Assembly: GCA_029974275.1 (NCBI GenBank)
Contig: JARKSN010000208.1
Coordinates: 1-46,044 of the forward strand
Source: Candidatus Hydrogenedentota bacterium
GTDB lineage: Bacteria > Hydrogenedentota > Hydrogenedentia > Hydrogenedentales > SLHB01
Length of the DNA: 46,044 nt
Direction of reading: 5' to 3'
Made by a program: the position numbers and the translations under genes
The notes under the pieces: model-generated
The model's input: the letters and a program-made list of their open reading frames with translations, nothing else
Told to the model about the DNA's origin: nothing
The model's database searches: none
In this document: positions 27,417-35,876 of the stretch, piece by piece
Numbering within the stretch: position 1 is the stretch's first letter
Layout of the letters: every line of letters starts with the position of its first letter

Positions 27417-28858
27417 GCCTGGAATTCCTCGGGAAGAAACGGCAAGCGCGTGCCCGCTTCGACGGCCGCGTTGGCCTTCAGCACGCACACGGCGGTTTCG
27501 TAGCCGATATCGGCGGGGCAATTGAGCGGCGCGCCCGTGCGCACTGCATCGAAGAAATTCTCCAGGTGCGGTTGATGCGCCGGCTTGTTTAGTTGCAGCG
27601 TCAAATCCCATGAGCCAAGCCGCTTGGTGACGCGGACATCCACAAACGTGTCCTTGGTGGGCGCGGCGGCTACGGCGGCCTCGTCCGGTTTCGAGAGCAG
27701 TCCGGCGGCGACGAGTTTGTTCCAGGGCTCGTCCGGCGCGTGCACTTCCTTGAGGAAATGGTTGCCGCGCATGGGGACTTCCGAGATGACCAGTGTGCCG
27801 TTGACGCCCATGAAGGTTTCGTAAAAGCCGCCGTTGCTGGAGGTCGTCAGAACTTGGTAGAACGCGCGCGACACGCCCTCGGGGGTGTCGTACTCGTAGA
27901 TGGCCAAGACGTTGTCGAACCATTCGTGCTGCGTGTAGTAGTCGATGCCGCCGCTGGCCACGACCGACCGCGGGGGAGCGCCGAAAACCCAATTGAAGAT
28001 ATCGATCTGGTGCGATCCGAGATCGACCACCGGTCCGCCGCCGTATTTGCGGTACCAGCGCCAATTGCGGAAATGGTGCATCGAGTCGTACCCGTATTTC
28101 GCCAAGGTTGCCGGGTCTATCTCGTAGCGCTTGGGCCAGCCGAGGTCTTCGCTCTTGGCGCGGTTCCATTGCGCGTTCGCATGGGTGATGCGATCGAGCA
28201 GGCGATGTTCCCGCACCAAGGATCCGATGGCGTTCAGGTAGCGCGGATTGCTGCGGCGTTGGTGGCCGATCTGGAGGAGTTTGCCGGTTTCGCGCTGGGC
28301 CAGCAGCATCCGTTTGGCGCCTTCGATGGTGTTGTCCATCTCTTTTTCGCAGTAGACGTGCAAACCGGCCTTGAGACACGCGATCGTGTGTTCGGCGTGC
28401 ATGAAGTCCGGCGTCGCGACAATGACGGCGTCAAGGTCCTTTTCGTTGGCCAGCAGTTCGCGGTAGTCGACGTAGAGGTTGTGATCGTGGTCGTACTTGC
28501 GCAAGGTGCCCGAGGCGCGCCGTTGGCTATACTCCCAAATGTCGCATATGGCTTTGACGCGGATGCCGGGACTGCGCAGGATGGACTCCATCAAGATCAT
28601 GCCTTCCGCGCCTAGGCCGATCATGGCGATGTTGAGGTCGTTCGAGGATGGGGCCACGGCTGGAGCAAGCGATTCGGACGCCGGGGCCGCAGCGGCGGAT
28701 TCCGCTTCTTCCTGGGCCATGGCGGCAGCGCCCATCAAAAGCCCCGCGCCGCCCGCCGCCGTCGCGACGAGAAAGTCCCGCCGGCTGGGTTTTCGCGTGG
28801 TCTTGGCGCTCCCCGAATGGACATTTTTCGCGCTTGTTTCGTTGCGTGCGTCCTTCAT
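27413..28858 (-). CDS. Tat-exported Gfo/Idh/MocA-family oxidoreductase
   Basis: SRRDFL twin-arginine signal, IGLGAEG Rossmann motif, VATPDFMH, HVYCEK, NWRWY..YGGG and DLGSHQID. Confidence 0.93.
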   Translation of the reverse strand: MKDARNETSAKNVHSGSAKTTRKPSRRDFLVATAAGGAGLLMGAAAMAQEEAESAAAAPASESLAPAVAPSSNDLNIAMIGLGAEGMILMESILRSPGIRVKAICDIWEYSQRRASGTLRKYDHDHNLYVDYRELLANEKDLDAVIVATPDFMHAEHTIACLKAGLHVYCEKEMDNTIEGAKRMLLAQRETGKLLQIGHQRRSNPRYLNAIGSLVREHRLLDRITHANAQWNRAKSEDLGWPKRYEIDPATLAKYGYDSMHHFRNWRWYRKYGGGPVVDLGSHQIDIFNWVFGAPPRSVVASGGIDYYTQHEWFDNVLAIYEYDTPEGVSRAFYQVLTTSSNGGFYETFMGVNGTLVISEVPMRGNHFLKEVHAPDEPWNKLVAAGLLSKPDEAAVAAAPTKDTFVDVRVTKRLGSWDLTLQLNKPAHQPHLENFFDAVRTGAPLNCPADIGYETAVCVLKANAAVEAGTRLPFLPEEFQA

Positions 28859-28950
28859 GCGATTCTCCTCAACTCAACAGCAACGTCCAATCCGACGCGC
28901 GCAGAGGCGCAATCCGCCGGACGGACAGGCAAACCAGCGTCTTCGCTATG

Positions 28951-29955
28951 CTACAACAACTCAGCGATTTGGACAGCGTTGAACGCCGCGCCCTTCAGCA
29001 GATTGTCCGAGACGATCCACATCGCCAGGCCGCGCGGGTGCGAGAGGTCTTCGCGGATGCGTCCGACGAAGGTCTCGCCGCTGCCGACGGCGTTGATCGC
29101 CAACGGGTAAATCTGGTTGGCGGGATCGTCCTGCACGACGACGCCCGGCGCCCGCGACAACAACTGGCGCGCCTGCGCGGCCGTCAGTTTCTTCGCGGTC
29201 TCGATGGTGACCGATTCGCTATGTCCCGAATGCACCGGCACGCGCACGGTCGTCGCCGTGACGCGGATGTTTGGATCGCCCATGATCTTCTTGGTCTCGT
29301 TGACCATCTTCATCTCTTCGTTCGTGTAACCGTTGTCCTCGAATGCGTTGGCCTGCGGAATCTGCGGAATGCAGTTGAACGCGATGGGGTGCGGGAACAC
29401 GGCGCATTCGGGCGTTTTGCCGTCGAGCACGGCGCGGGTCTGGTTGTACAGATCGTCGAGCGCCTTGATGCCTGCGCCCGAGACGGCCTGATACGTGTCC
29501 ACAATGACGCGCTCGATCGTGGCGGCGTCGTGCAACGGTTTCAGCACCACCACCATCTGGATGGTCGAGCAATTCGGGTTCGCGATGATGCCCTTGTGCT
29601 TGGGGATGTCGTGCGCGTTGACTTCCGGCACCACGAGCGGCACTTCCGGGTCCATGCGCCACGCGCTGGAATTGTCGACGACGACGCAACCGGCTTTCGC
29701 CGCGCACGGCGCGAATTTCTTGCTCGTCGAGCCGCCCGCGCTGAACAGGGCGATGTCCACGCCTTGGAACGAGGTCTCCGTCAGTTCTTCGACGCTCACC
29801 GTCTCGCCGCGGAATTTCAGGGTCTTGCCCTTCGAACGCGCCGACGCCAGGCATTTGAGCTCCTTTATCGGAAAACTGCGCTCTTCCAGCACCTCCAACA
29901 TCTTGCTGCCGACCAAACCCGTGGCGCCCACTACCGCAACAACTTTCGGCGTCAT
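28951..29955 (-). CDS. asd: Aspartate-semialdehyde dehydrogenase
   Basis: VVGATGLVG, DNSSAWRM, ANPNCST, YQAVSGAG, RVPV..GHSE and DNLLKGAA.NAVQIAE motifs. Confidence 0.98.
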   Translation of the reverse strand: MTPKVVAVVGATGLVGSKMLEVLEERSFPIKELKCLASARSKGKTLKFRGETVSVEELTETSFQGVDIALFSAGGSTSKKFAPCAAKAGCVVVDNSSAWRMDPEVPLVVPEVNAHDIPKHKGIIANPNCSTIQMVVVLKPLHDAATIERVIVDTYQAVSGAGIKALDDLYNQTRAVLDGKTPECAVFPHPIAFNCIPQIPQANAFEDNGYTNEEMKMVNETKKIMGDPNIRVTATTVRVPVHSGHSESVTIETAKKLTAAQARQLLSRAPGVVVQDDPANQIYPLAINAVGSGETFVGRIREDLSHPRGLAMWIVSDNLLKGAAFNAVQIAELL

Positions 29956-30230
29956 GATATCGTGCTCCCTTGTTACGCGCCTTGCCAGCCATGGCGCTCG
30001 ACGAGACGGCTTGGGCGAAGCGCCTGTGCGGACCCGTCTCTATTCTGGACAGAGGCGGCAGTATACCGGATTTTGACGCGAGAATCGAATTTTCTTCGCA
30101 TGGATTCTTGCTTGAGGCGACCGATTCCTTTTCGGATCAGGGGTCTCTATGGCTCCGATGTCTATGCGCGCGCAGGCCCATGCGGGCGCGGCGGCGCAAG
30201 AAGTCCTCGCAAAACACTTGGTTGTCTATG

Positions 30231-30326
30231 TAAAATAGTATTGCATATTTATATACAATATATAAACGTTTATACTATGTTGATCATTAAATTCATATTT
30301 ATAATAATAGATAAACCTATATATAG
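30231..30326. other. Extremely AT-rich palindromic intergenic patch between divergent genes
   Basis: 14 G+C in the 90 nt of 30231-30320; perfect palindromes TATAAACGTTTATA (30261-30274) and CTATATATAG (30317-30326). Confidence 0.7.
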
Positions 30327-30489
30327 CGTTTTGGATTCATTCGCGCGCCCGGAGTGTGCCGCGGCGCGGAGGCTTGGTTTTTGCGCGGCCTCGTTGCCTT
30401 TCTTTACTGGACTGGCGGCTTGCCGTATTATCCCCTTCGCCGGTGGGCGGCCTGAAGCCGGATGCCGGAACGGGTGGAGACGTTGGCTG

Positions 30490-32154
30490 ATGGAAATCGA
30501 TATCCGGAGGGGGGAAAGCGACGTTGAGACGGCCTTGTGTCCGCGTGCCGCCGTTGCGTGGGATGCGGCGCTGACGGTTGGATTGGCCCTGTTGGCGTTG
30601 ATTGTGTTTGCGCCGGCGATGCGGAATGGATTCGTCGGTTACGATGACGAAATCTATCTCACCGCAAATTCTCGCGTGCAGGCCGGGCTGACATGGGGCA
30701 ATGTTCGATGGGCCTTCACAACCTTTCACGGAAGCAATTGGCATCCTCTAACGTGGCTGTCCCACATGGGGGGGTGGTCGTTGTTTGGGAGTGCGGCGTT
30801 TGGTCATCACCTGATCAATGTGCTGCTCCATGCTTTCAACGCTGCGCTGGTGTTTCTCGCGTTGCGCGCTCTGACCCGAGACCGGTGGCCGAGCGCATTT
30901 GCGGCGGCTGTTTTTGCGACGCATCCGTTGCATGTTGAATCGGTCGCCTGGGCGGCGGAGCGCAAGGACGTCTTAAGCGCTTTTTTTGTCCTGTGGACGT
31001 TGCTTGCCTACGCGCGTTTCGTTCGGACGAAGCGCCGCCTCGCATATGGAGGCGTGGTTTTTTCCTACGCGTTTGCGTTGCTTGCAAAGCCGATGGCGGT
31101 TACGTTGCCGTTTGTATTGCTCTTGATGGACTACTGGCCTCTGGGGCGACGATCGGAAATGGAACGGACGCCTATCTCCAGGCTTTTTGGGGAAAAAGCG
31201 CCTTTGTTCGTTGCGGCATTGGCCTCGTGCATCGTGACGCTTATCGCCCAAGCGCATGGCCATGCGATCGCGCGTCTAGACGAAATCCCCTTGGGGGCGC
31301 GCGTCGCCAATGCGGTGGTCTCTTACTGGAAATACATTGGCAAAACCTTTTGGCCGATGGATCTCGCCGTCATGTATCCACACCCAAGCCACGCGATCGG
31401 CTGGATCGAAGGCGGGGCGGCGGGTCTTGCCCTGTTGCTCGTGACCGTTATCGCGGCGAAGGCAGGCCGGAAGCGCGGCTACCTAATCGTCGGTTGGCTG
31501 TGGTTTGCGGGAATGCTCGTTCCTGTGATCGGCATTGTGCAGGTTGGCAGTCAATCCATGGCCGATCGATACATGTATCTCCCATTGACGGGCCTGACCA
31601 TCATGGCGGCATGGGGGCTTCGCGATGGCTTTGGGAGATGGAAGCAGACCCCGGCCGTCTTTGCCTATGCGGCGGCGGCGGCGTTGGTCGCCCTGTCGGC
31701 CGTCACGCAGGCGAACCTGCGGCATTGGCGCGATGGCAGGACCCTCTTTTCGCACGCTGCGGCGGTCACGCGCGACAATGCCATCGCGCACTACAATCTG
31801 GGAACGCTGGAACTGCGCGAAGGCCATGTGGCGGCCGCGGAGCGCCACTTGCTCGAGGCCGTCAGGATCAATCCGGGCTATGCCGACGCCCATGCCAACT
31901 TGGGGGCGCTGCGCTTAGGCCGCGGCGACTATGCCGGCGCGCGCGCCCACCTCGAGCAGGCCCTCCGCTGCGAGCCGCGGGATGCCGTCGTCTTGACCAA
32001 TCTGGCGATCGTATGCCTTCAGACAGGGCTGCCCACCGAGGCTGCCCGCCATATCGAACAGGCGTTAACCGTCGATCCGGGATATCCGGCGGCTGTGACG
32101 CTGGGCAAGAGCCTGGGTCTCGTCGTTCCGCCAAGGATCGGCGCCGCGAAGTAA
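30490..32154 (+). CDS. TMTC-like GT-C membrane protein with C-terminal TPRs
   Basis: FVGYDD..Y, NWHPLTWLSH, HPLHVESVAWAAERKDVL, ADRYMYLP and W.D..TLF followed by TPRs. Confidence 0.9.
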   Translation: MEIDIRRGESDVETALCPRAAVAWDAALTVGLALLALIVFAPAMRNGFVGYDDEIYLTANSRVQAGLTWGNVRWAFTTFHGSNWHPLTWLSHMGGWSLFGSAAFGHHLINVLLHAFNAALVFLALRALTRDRWPSAFAAAVFATHPLHVESVAWAAERKDVLSAFFVLWTLLAYARFVRTKRRLAYGGVVFSYAFALLAKPMAVTLPFVLLLMDYWPLGRRSEMERTPISRLFGEKAPLFVAALASCIVTLIAQAHGHAIARLDEIPLGARVANAVVSYWKYIGKTFWPMDLAVMYPHPSHAIGWIEGGAAGLALLLVTVIAAKAGRKRGYLIVGWLWFAGMLVPVIGIVQVGSQSMADRYMYLPLTGLTIMAAWGLRDGFGRWKQTPAVFAYAAAAALVALSAVTQANLRHWRDGRTLFSHAAAVTRDNAIAHYNLGTLELREGHVAAAERHLLEAVRINPGYADAHANLGALRLGRGDYAGARAHLEQALRCEPRDAVVLTNLAIVCLQTGLPTEAARHIEQALTVDPGYPAAVTLGKSLGLVVPPRIGAAK

Positions 32155-32445
32155 GCCCCTCCGCGGCTGTTTCCCGTCCCGCTTTTCCGTTGCCTCCTAA
32201 GCGACGGGAGAAATGCGGCTAAAATCCCTGAGTCTTGTTCGCAATTGCGATACGACGACGCCTGGACATTCGCAGGGCAGGCGTCCTATTGTGTAGTGAA
32301 CTGTGTCGACGGCGGACAATGGGCCGCGATTTGTCTTGGTCGGCGCGTTTATGAACGTGGCTCGCGCCGCAAGCGCACACGCTTGGAGGCGAGCGTTTCT
32401 CGCGGCGCCGTGCAGCCCGGGGAGAAATGCGGAAAAGCGAATGTC

Positions 32446-34503
32446 ATGATGATGTTGGCCGGCGCCATGTTTTTTCTTTTCGGCGCGACGCAGATCTGGA
32501 CCGAGAGCAGTTCGGTGAATGTTTTTCCCGACACGGTTCCGCAGGGAAGCGCAAAGGCTTCCGTTCGGTTGTACGCGTCCCAGGGAGAGGCGGAATCGTT
32601 TCAACTCTGTTTACGCGCCGACGCGAAAGGATTTCGCGGACGGGATATTCCCGCGCGTCCGCTCGACAAACAGATCGGCCCGCCGCGCATCCATGCAGTG
32701 GGATATATCTCCCTGGACAAGGATCAACAGCGCCAGTGGCCTGATCCCTTGCTGCCCGTAGAACCCTTTGACGTTCCTCCGAAACAGACGCGCGTGTTTT
32801 GGGTGACGTATGCCGTGCCTCGGGATGCGAAGCCGGGGTTGCATACGGGAAAAGTGGACGTTGTCTCGGATGCAGGGCCTCGGTTATCCGTGGACGTGAC
32901 CATAGAGGTGTTTGCTTTCGCGCAACCGGAGGTCGCTTCTTTTCGAACGTTGTTTCCCCTTGACCGTCACGCCTTCGAACGCGCGTATGGGATCGAAGGC
33001 GTGGCGCTCGAACCGTGGAAGGCCGTGTACGATGCGTTGGCGGGCTACAAGGTGTCATCGTCGCTGTGGGACGGCGGCGGACTGGTCCGGCTGATAGACG
33101 GCAAGGTCGACGCGTCGGCGTTCCAGGAACATCTCGACTATGCGATGTCGCGCGCGAACATGGCGGTGATCGATCTCGGGGGCGGTCGCGGCGGCATGGC
33201 TCCGTTGGAGGCGACCGCCGGAGAGGGAGGCTTGCAGCCATACCTGGAAGGCATGCATGCGTGGCTTGATGCCAAGGGATGGCTTGACCGCGCCTGCGTA
33301 AGCGTCGTGGACTTTGCCGCGCGGGATCGCTGGCCACAGACGCGCGACGCGTTGTTCCGCGTGAAGCGAGCCGATCCCGCCATGCCCCGGCTGGCCATCG
33401 GGCAGCCTCATCCCTATTTCGAGCGTTTCGTGGAGATACTCGCAGTTCCATTGCGCGACGCGCATCCCTTTGCCGTTGCGCGATGGCGCGAAGGCATGTC
33501 CCTCGCGGCGCAACCGGCGCATCTCGCCGCACGCGTCGCCGCCTCGTCATCGGGCATTCCGCCGGGCGAAAAAAACTATGCCTCTCTCCCCGGCGACGCC
33601 TACGATGGCTGTTTGCACACGTATTGGCGTTCCGATCGCCCTCCCGCGCGCTCTTCCCCGCAGTGGATCGAGATTGCCTTCGACGAACCGGTCGACACGG
33701 ACGAGTTCTATATCGGCTGGAAAACGGGTCTCGAATCTGCTGACATTGAAACCTTATGCTCGTACAATGGCGAGACCTTTAGCCCCGCCCGCGTCCGGTG
33801 GAGGCATCACGTGGCGCAGGATTCCTTCGAGGACAATTGGTCCGAGGGTGAATTCCGTTTCAAAAAGACTTTTCGCGGAATTCGTCTCGTGTTTCGCGGT
33901 TCCGTGCAAGGCGGGTCCGTTGGCATCCGGGAATTGGAATTCGGGCATGCCCCCTCGCCGGACACCATCGAGCGGATCAAGCCTGTCAGCGTTTGGATGG
34001 ATGCATCCGTCGCCGCGCCGCCCAGTTTGGCGCTTGGAGCCCATCCTATCGAAGCGCGCTTGGCTCCCTGGGTGTGCTGGAGATATGGCGTGACCGGCCT
34101 GCGCGGGCCCGGTCTCACGGGGTGGCCGGACGGATGGACCACGGACGGCGCATGGACGTCTGCGCCGCGGCAAGAAAACGACGATGGCTGCCAGTATTTG
34201 TATTATCCCGCCCCGGAAAAACCGGCTCCCAGCATTCGGCTGGAGCGGTTGCGCGACGGCATCGAAGATTACGAATATCTTGTCGCGATGGAGAAGGCCC
34301 TTCAGGAAAACCCGGACGTCGATCCTCTCGCCGCGCGTTGCAGCAGCCGGCAACCGTTTCCGCTCGATCGTCTCCTTGCTGATCTTGACGCCCAGGCTCG
34401 GTTCGTTGTTGACGGGCATACGCGCATGGGCCGCGCCTTGACCCGCATCGCCAAGACCGGCAAAGCAGGCAAGGTCGCCGCCTCGCCGGGAATGACGCCG
34501 TAG
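32446..34503 (+). CDS. DUF4091/GH123-like protein with inserted discoidin-type domain
   Basis: GEAESFQL, WPDPLLP, C-terminal PSIRLERLRDGIEDYEYL; internal AYDG..TYW...PQWIEI.F...IRELEF beta-sandwich. Start uncertain. Confidence 0.75.
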   Translation: MMMLAGAMFFLFGATQIWTESSSVNVFPDTVPQGSAKASVRLYASQGEAESFQLCLRADAKGFRGRDIPARPLDKQIGPPRIHAVGYISLDKDQQRQWPDPLLPVEPFDVPPKQTRVFWVTYAVPRDAKPGLHTGKVDVVSDAGPRLSVDVTIEVFAFAQPEVASFRTLFPLDRHAFERAYGIEGVALEPWKAVYDALAGYKVSSSLWDGGGLVRLIDGKVDASAFQEHLDYAMSRANMAVIDLGGGRGGMAPLEATAGEGGLQPYLEGMHAWLDAKGWLDRACVSVVDFAARDRWPQTRDALFRVKRADPAMPRLAIGQPHPYFERFVEILAVPLRDAHPFAVARWREGMSLAAQPAHLAARVAASSSGIPPGEKNYASLPGDAYDGCLHTYWRSDRPPARSSPQWIEIAFDEPVDTDEFYIGWKTGLESADIETLCSYNGETFSPARVRWRHHVAQDSFEDNWSEGEFRFKKTFRGIRLVFRGSVQGGSVGIRELEFGHAPSPDTIERIKPVSVWMDASVAAPPSLALGAHPIEARLAPWVCWRYGVTGLRGPGLTGWPDGWTTDGAWTSAPRQENDDGCQYLYYPAPEKPAPSIRLERLRDGIEDYEYLVAMEKALQENPDVDPLAARCSSRQPFPLDRLLADLDAQARFVVDGHTRMGRALTRIAKTGKAGKVAASPGMTP

Positions 34504-34531
34504 GATGAAACCTTTCCGCTTTCGTTGTTTC

Positions 34532-34909
34532 CTATGGCGTCGCGGCTTTTTCTCCCAATTGACGCACCAACAGATCGCGCAATTCCTGATGAGAAGCCTG
34601 TCGCGGAAGAAAACCCGAGGCGCCGTCCGCGCACAACCCGTGACGGTCCGTGTCGGGACCGGCCAGCACGAGAAGCGGCAGCCCGGACGGCAAGGCCGGA
34701 TCGCCCCGGAACATGCGACACAATTCGCGCGCCGAATAGATCGGGAGATTTTCCGCCAGCAGAATCAGATCGGGCCGAAGGGTTAGCGCCATGTCGCTCG
34801 CCTCCAGCCCGTTTCTCGCCAGGTAGACATCATGCCCTTCCGCCTCGATAACCGCTCGAAGCCCTTCGGCGCATGTCCAATCCGTTTCCGCCACAAGCAC
34901 CCGCGCCAT
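34532..34909 (-). CDS. Single-domain atypical (pseudo) response-regulator receiver
   Basis: CheY-like pattern RVLVAE, ARNGLEA, PDLILL, GA.GFL, but the phospho-Asp position is Ala. Confidence 0.8.
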   Translation of the reverse strand: MARVLVAETDWTCAEGLRAVIEAEGHDVYLARNGLEASDMALTLRPDLILLAENLPIYSARELCRMFRGDPALPSGLPLLVLAGPDTDRHGLCADGASGFLPRQASHQELRDLLVRQLGEKAATP

Positions 34910-34965
34910 GAGAAAAGTATCCTTCTCGTTGCGTCCTCGCCTCGTTCTCATTCCGTATGACTGCT

Positions 34966-34994
34966 ACTATGAGCGCTGAGACTTTGCGCGTCAA
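34966..34994 (-). promoter_or_regulatory. Sigma70-type promoter of the pseudo-receiver gene
   Basis: Minus strand TTGACG, 17-bp spacer, CATAGT. Confidence 0.45.
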
Positions 34995-35060
34995 GCGCCG
35001 CGAAACCGAGGGGGGGGAATAACGTGGATATCCATCATCCCTGCTGGACTTTCGCCCCCC

Positions 35061-35089
35061 TGGACATCGCCGTAGACAAGGATTATGCT
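35061..35089 (+). promoter_or_regulatory. Sigma70-type promoter of the rubrerythrin-like gene
   Basis: TGGACA, 17-bp spacer, TATGCT. Confidence 0.45.
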
Positions 35090-35181
35090 GGGATTGTCGA
35101 GGCTGGGGGCATGCCCCCTCGGCTTTTTCTGAGGGGCGCAAATGTTCGGCGATGCGAGGCCGGACGGGAAAGGGGATGAAC

Positions 35182-35808
35182 ATGAGCAACATGGTCGTGC
35201 GGATAGGAATGTCGATGTGGATCGCGTTGTTGCTGACGGCGGTTGCGGTCCCTGCCGAGAGCGCTTCGGCTTCCGCCGCGCTCGACAACCTTATCAAAGC
35301 CTACGACAGCGAATCCGCCGCGCGGGCGCAATGCGTCGCTTTTGCCCAGAAAGCCGACGAGGAAGGTTACGCGAAAGCCGCTTCGTTGTTCCGGGCATCC
35401 GCGCGTTCTCTCGAGGTTCGCCTGCAGCATTTCAAGAGAGTCATTTCGAAGATGGGCGGCGTTCCAAAGGCCGACATCCCGAAAGTGGAAGCGAGATCGA
35501 CCCGCGAGAACCTTGAACTCGCGATGAAAGAGGAGGCGGACAGAAACGGCGCGTTGTACCCGGCTTTTGTCAAGCAGGCAAAGGAAGAAGGCGCGAAAGG
35601 CGCGGCGAAAACGTTCAACGGGGCCATGCGCATTGGGACGGGCCGCAGTGCGCTGTATGGCGATGCCCTGAAGCGTTTGGAAGGAATGAAGGGCGACGCG
35701 GCGGAATATTATGTGTGCCCGGTCTGTGGTTACCTAACCGATTCCGGTCTCTTCAAGAAATGTCTGGTGTGTTGGACGCCGCGTTCCAAGTTCGAGGCGA
35801 TCCGATAG
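35182..35808 (+). CDS. Rubrerythrin-fold protein with signal peptide and degenerate di-iron site
   Basis: NL..AY..ES.A, A.EEGY, T.ENL, YP.F...A.EEG and C-terminal CPVC...CLVC rubredoxin motif; N-terminal hydrophobic signal. Confidence 0.85.
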   Translation: MSNMVVRIGMSMWIALLLTAVAVPAESASASAALDNLIKAYDSESAARAQCVAFAQKADEEGYAKAASLFRASARSLEVRLQHFKRVISKMGGVPKADIPKVEARSTRENLELAMKEEADRNGALYPAFVKQAKEEGAKGAAKTFNGAMRIGTGRSALYGDALKRLEGMKGDAAEYYVCPVCGYLTDSGLFKKCLVCWTPRSKFEAIR

Positions 35809-35876
35809 GAGGGCGTGATCGCTTTGCCTAGGGATGCTTCGAGGACGCGGCGAACGCCGCCAAGGAAACGAGGATC

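Noticed and set aside
27417..28379. N-terminal extension of the 1000-aa ORF 25377..28379, suggesting an oxidoreductase-cytochrome fusion
   Set aside because: Out-of-frame overlap with the Gfo/Idh/MocA gene and Arg-rich nonsense composition. The cytochrome has its own signal peptide starting at GTG 27416.
29956..30060. Lysine riboswitch upstream of asd
   Set aside because: A GAGACGG/CCGTCTC stem exists, but the leader is too short and lacks lysine-riboswitch consensus elements.
30209..30290. dif (XerCD) site in the AT-rich patch
   Set aside because: Only partial XerD-like halves; no ATAA-N6-TTAT core with a plausible XerC arm.
28648..30489. N-terminal 614 codons of the 1168-aa ORF 28648..32154
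   Set aside because: It is the antisense shadow of asd plus intergenic DNA. Recognisable protein begins near ATG 30490. The frame staying open through the AT-rich patch is odd but has no other support.
35067..35093. dif-like string around GTAGACAAGGATTATGCTGGG
   Set aside because: Poor match on both arms; better explained as a sigma70 promoter spacer and -10.
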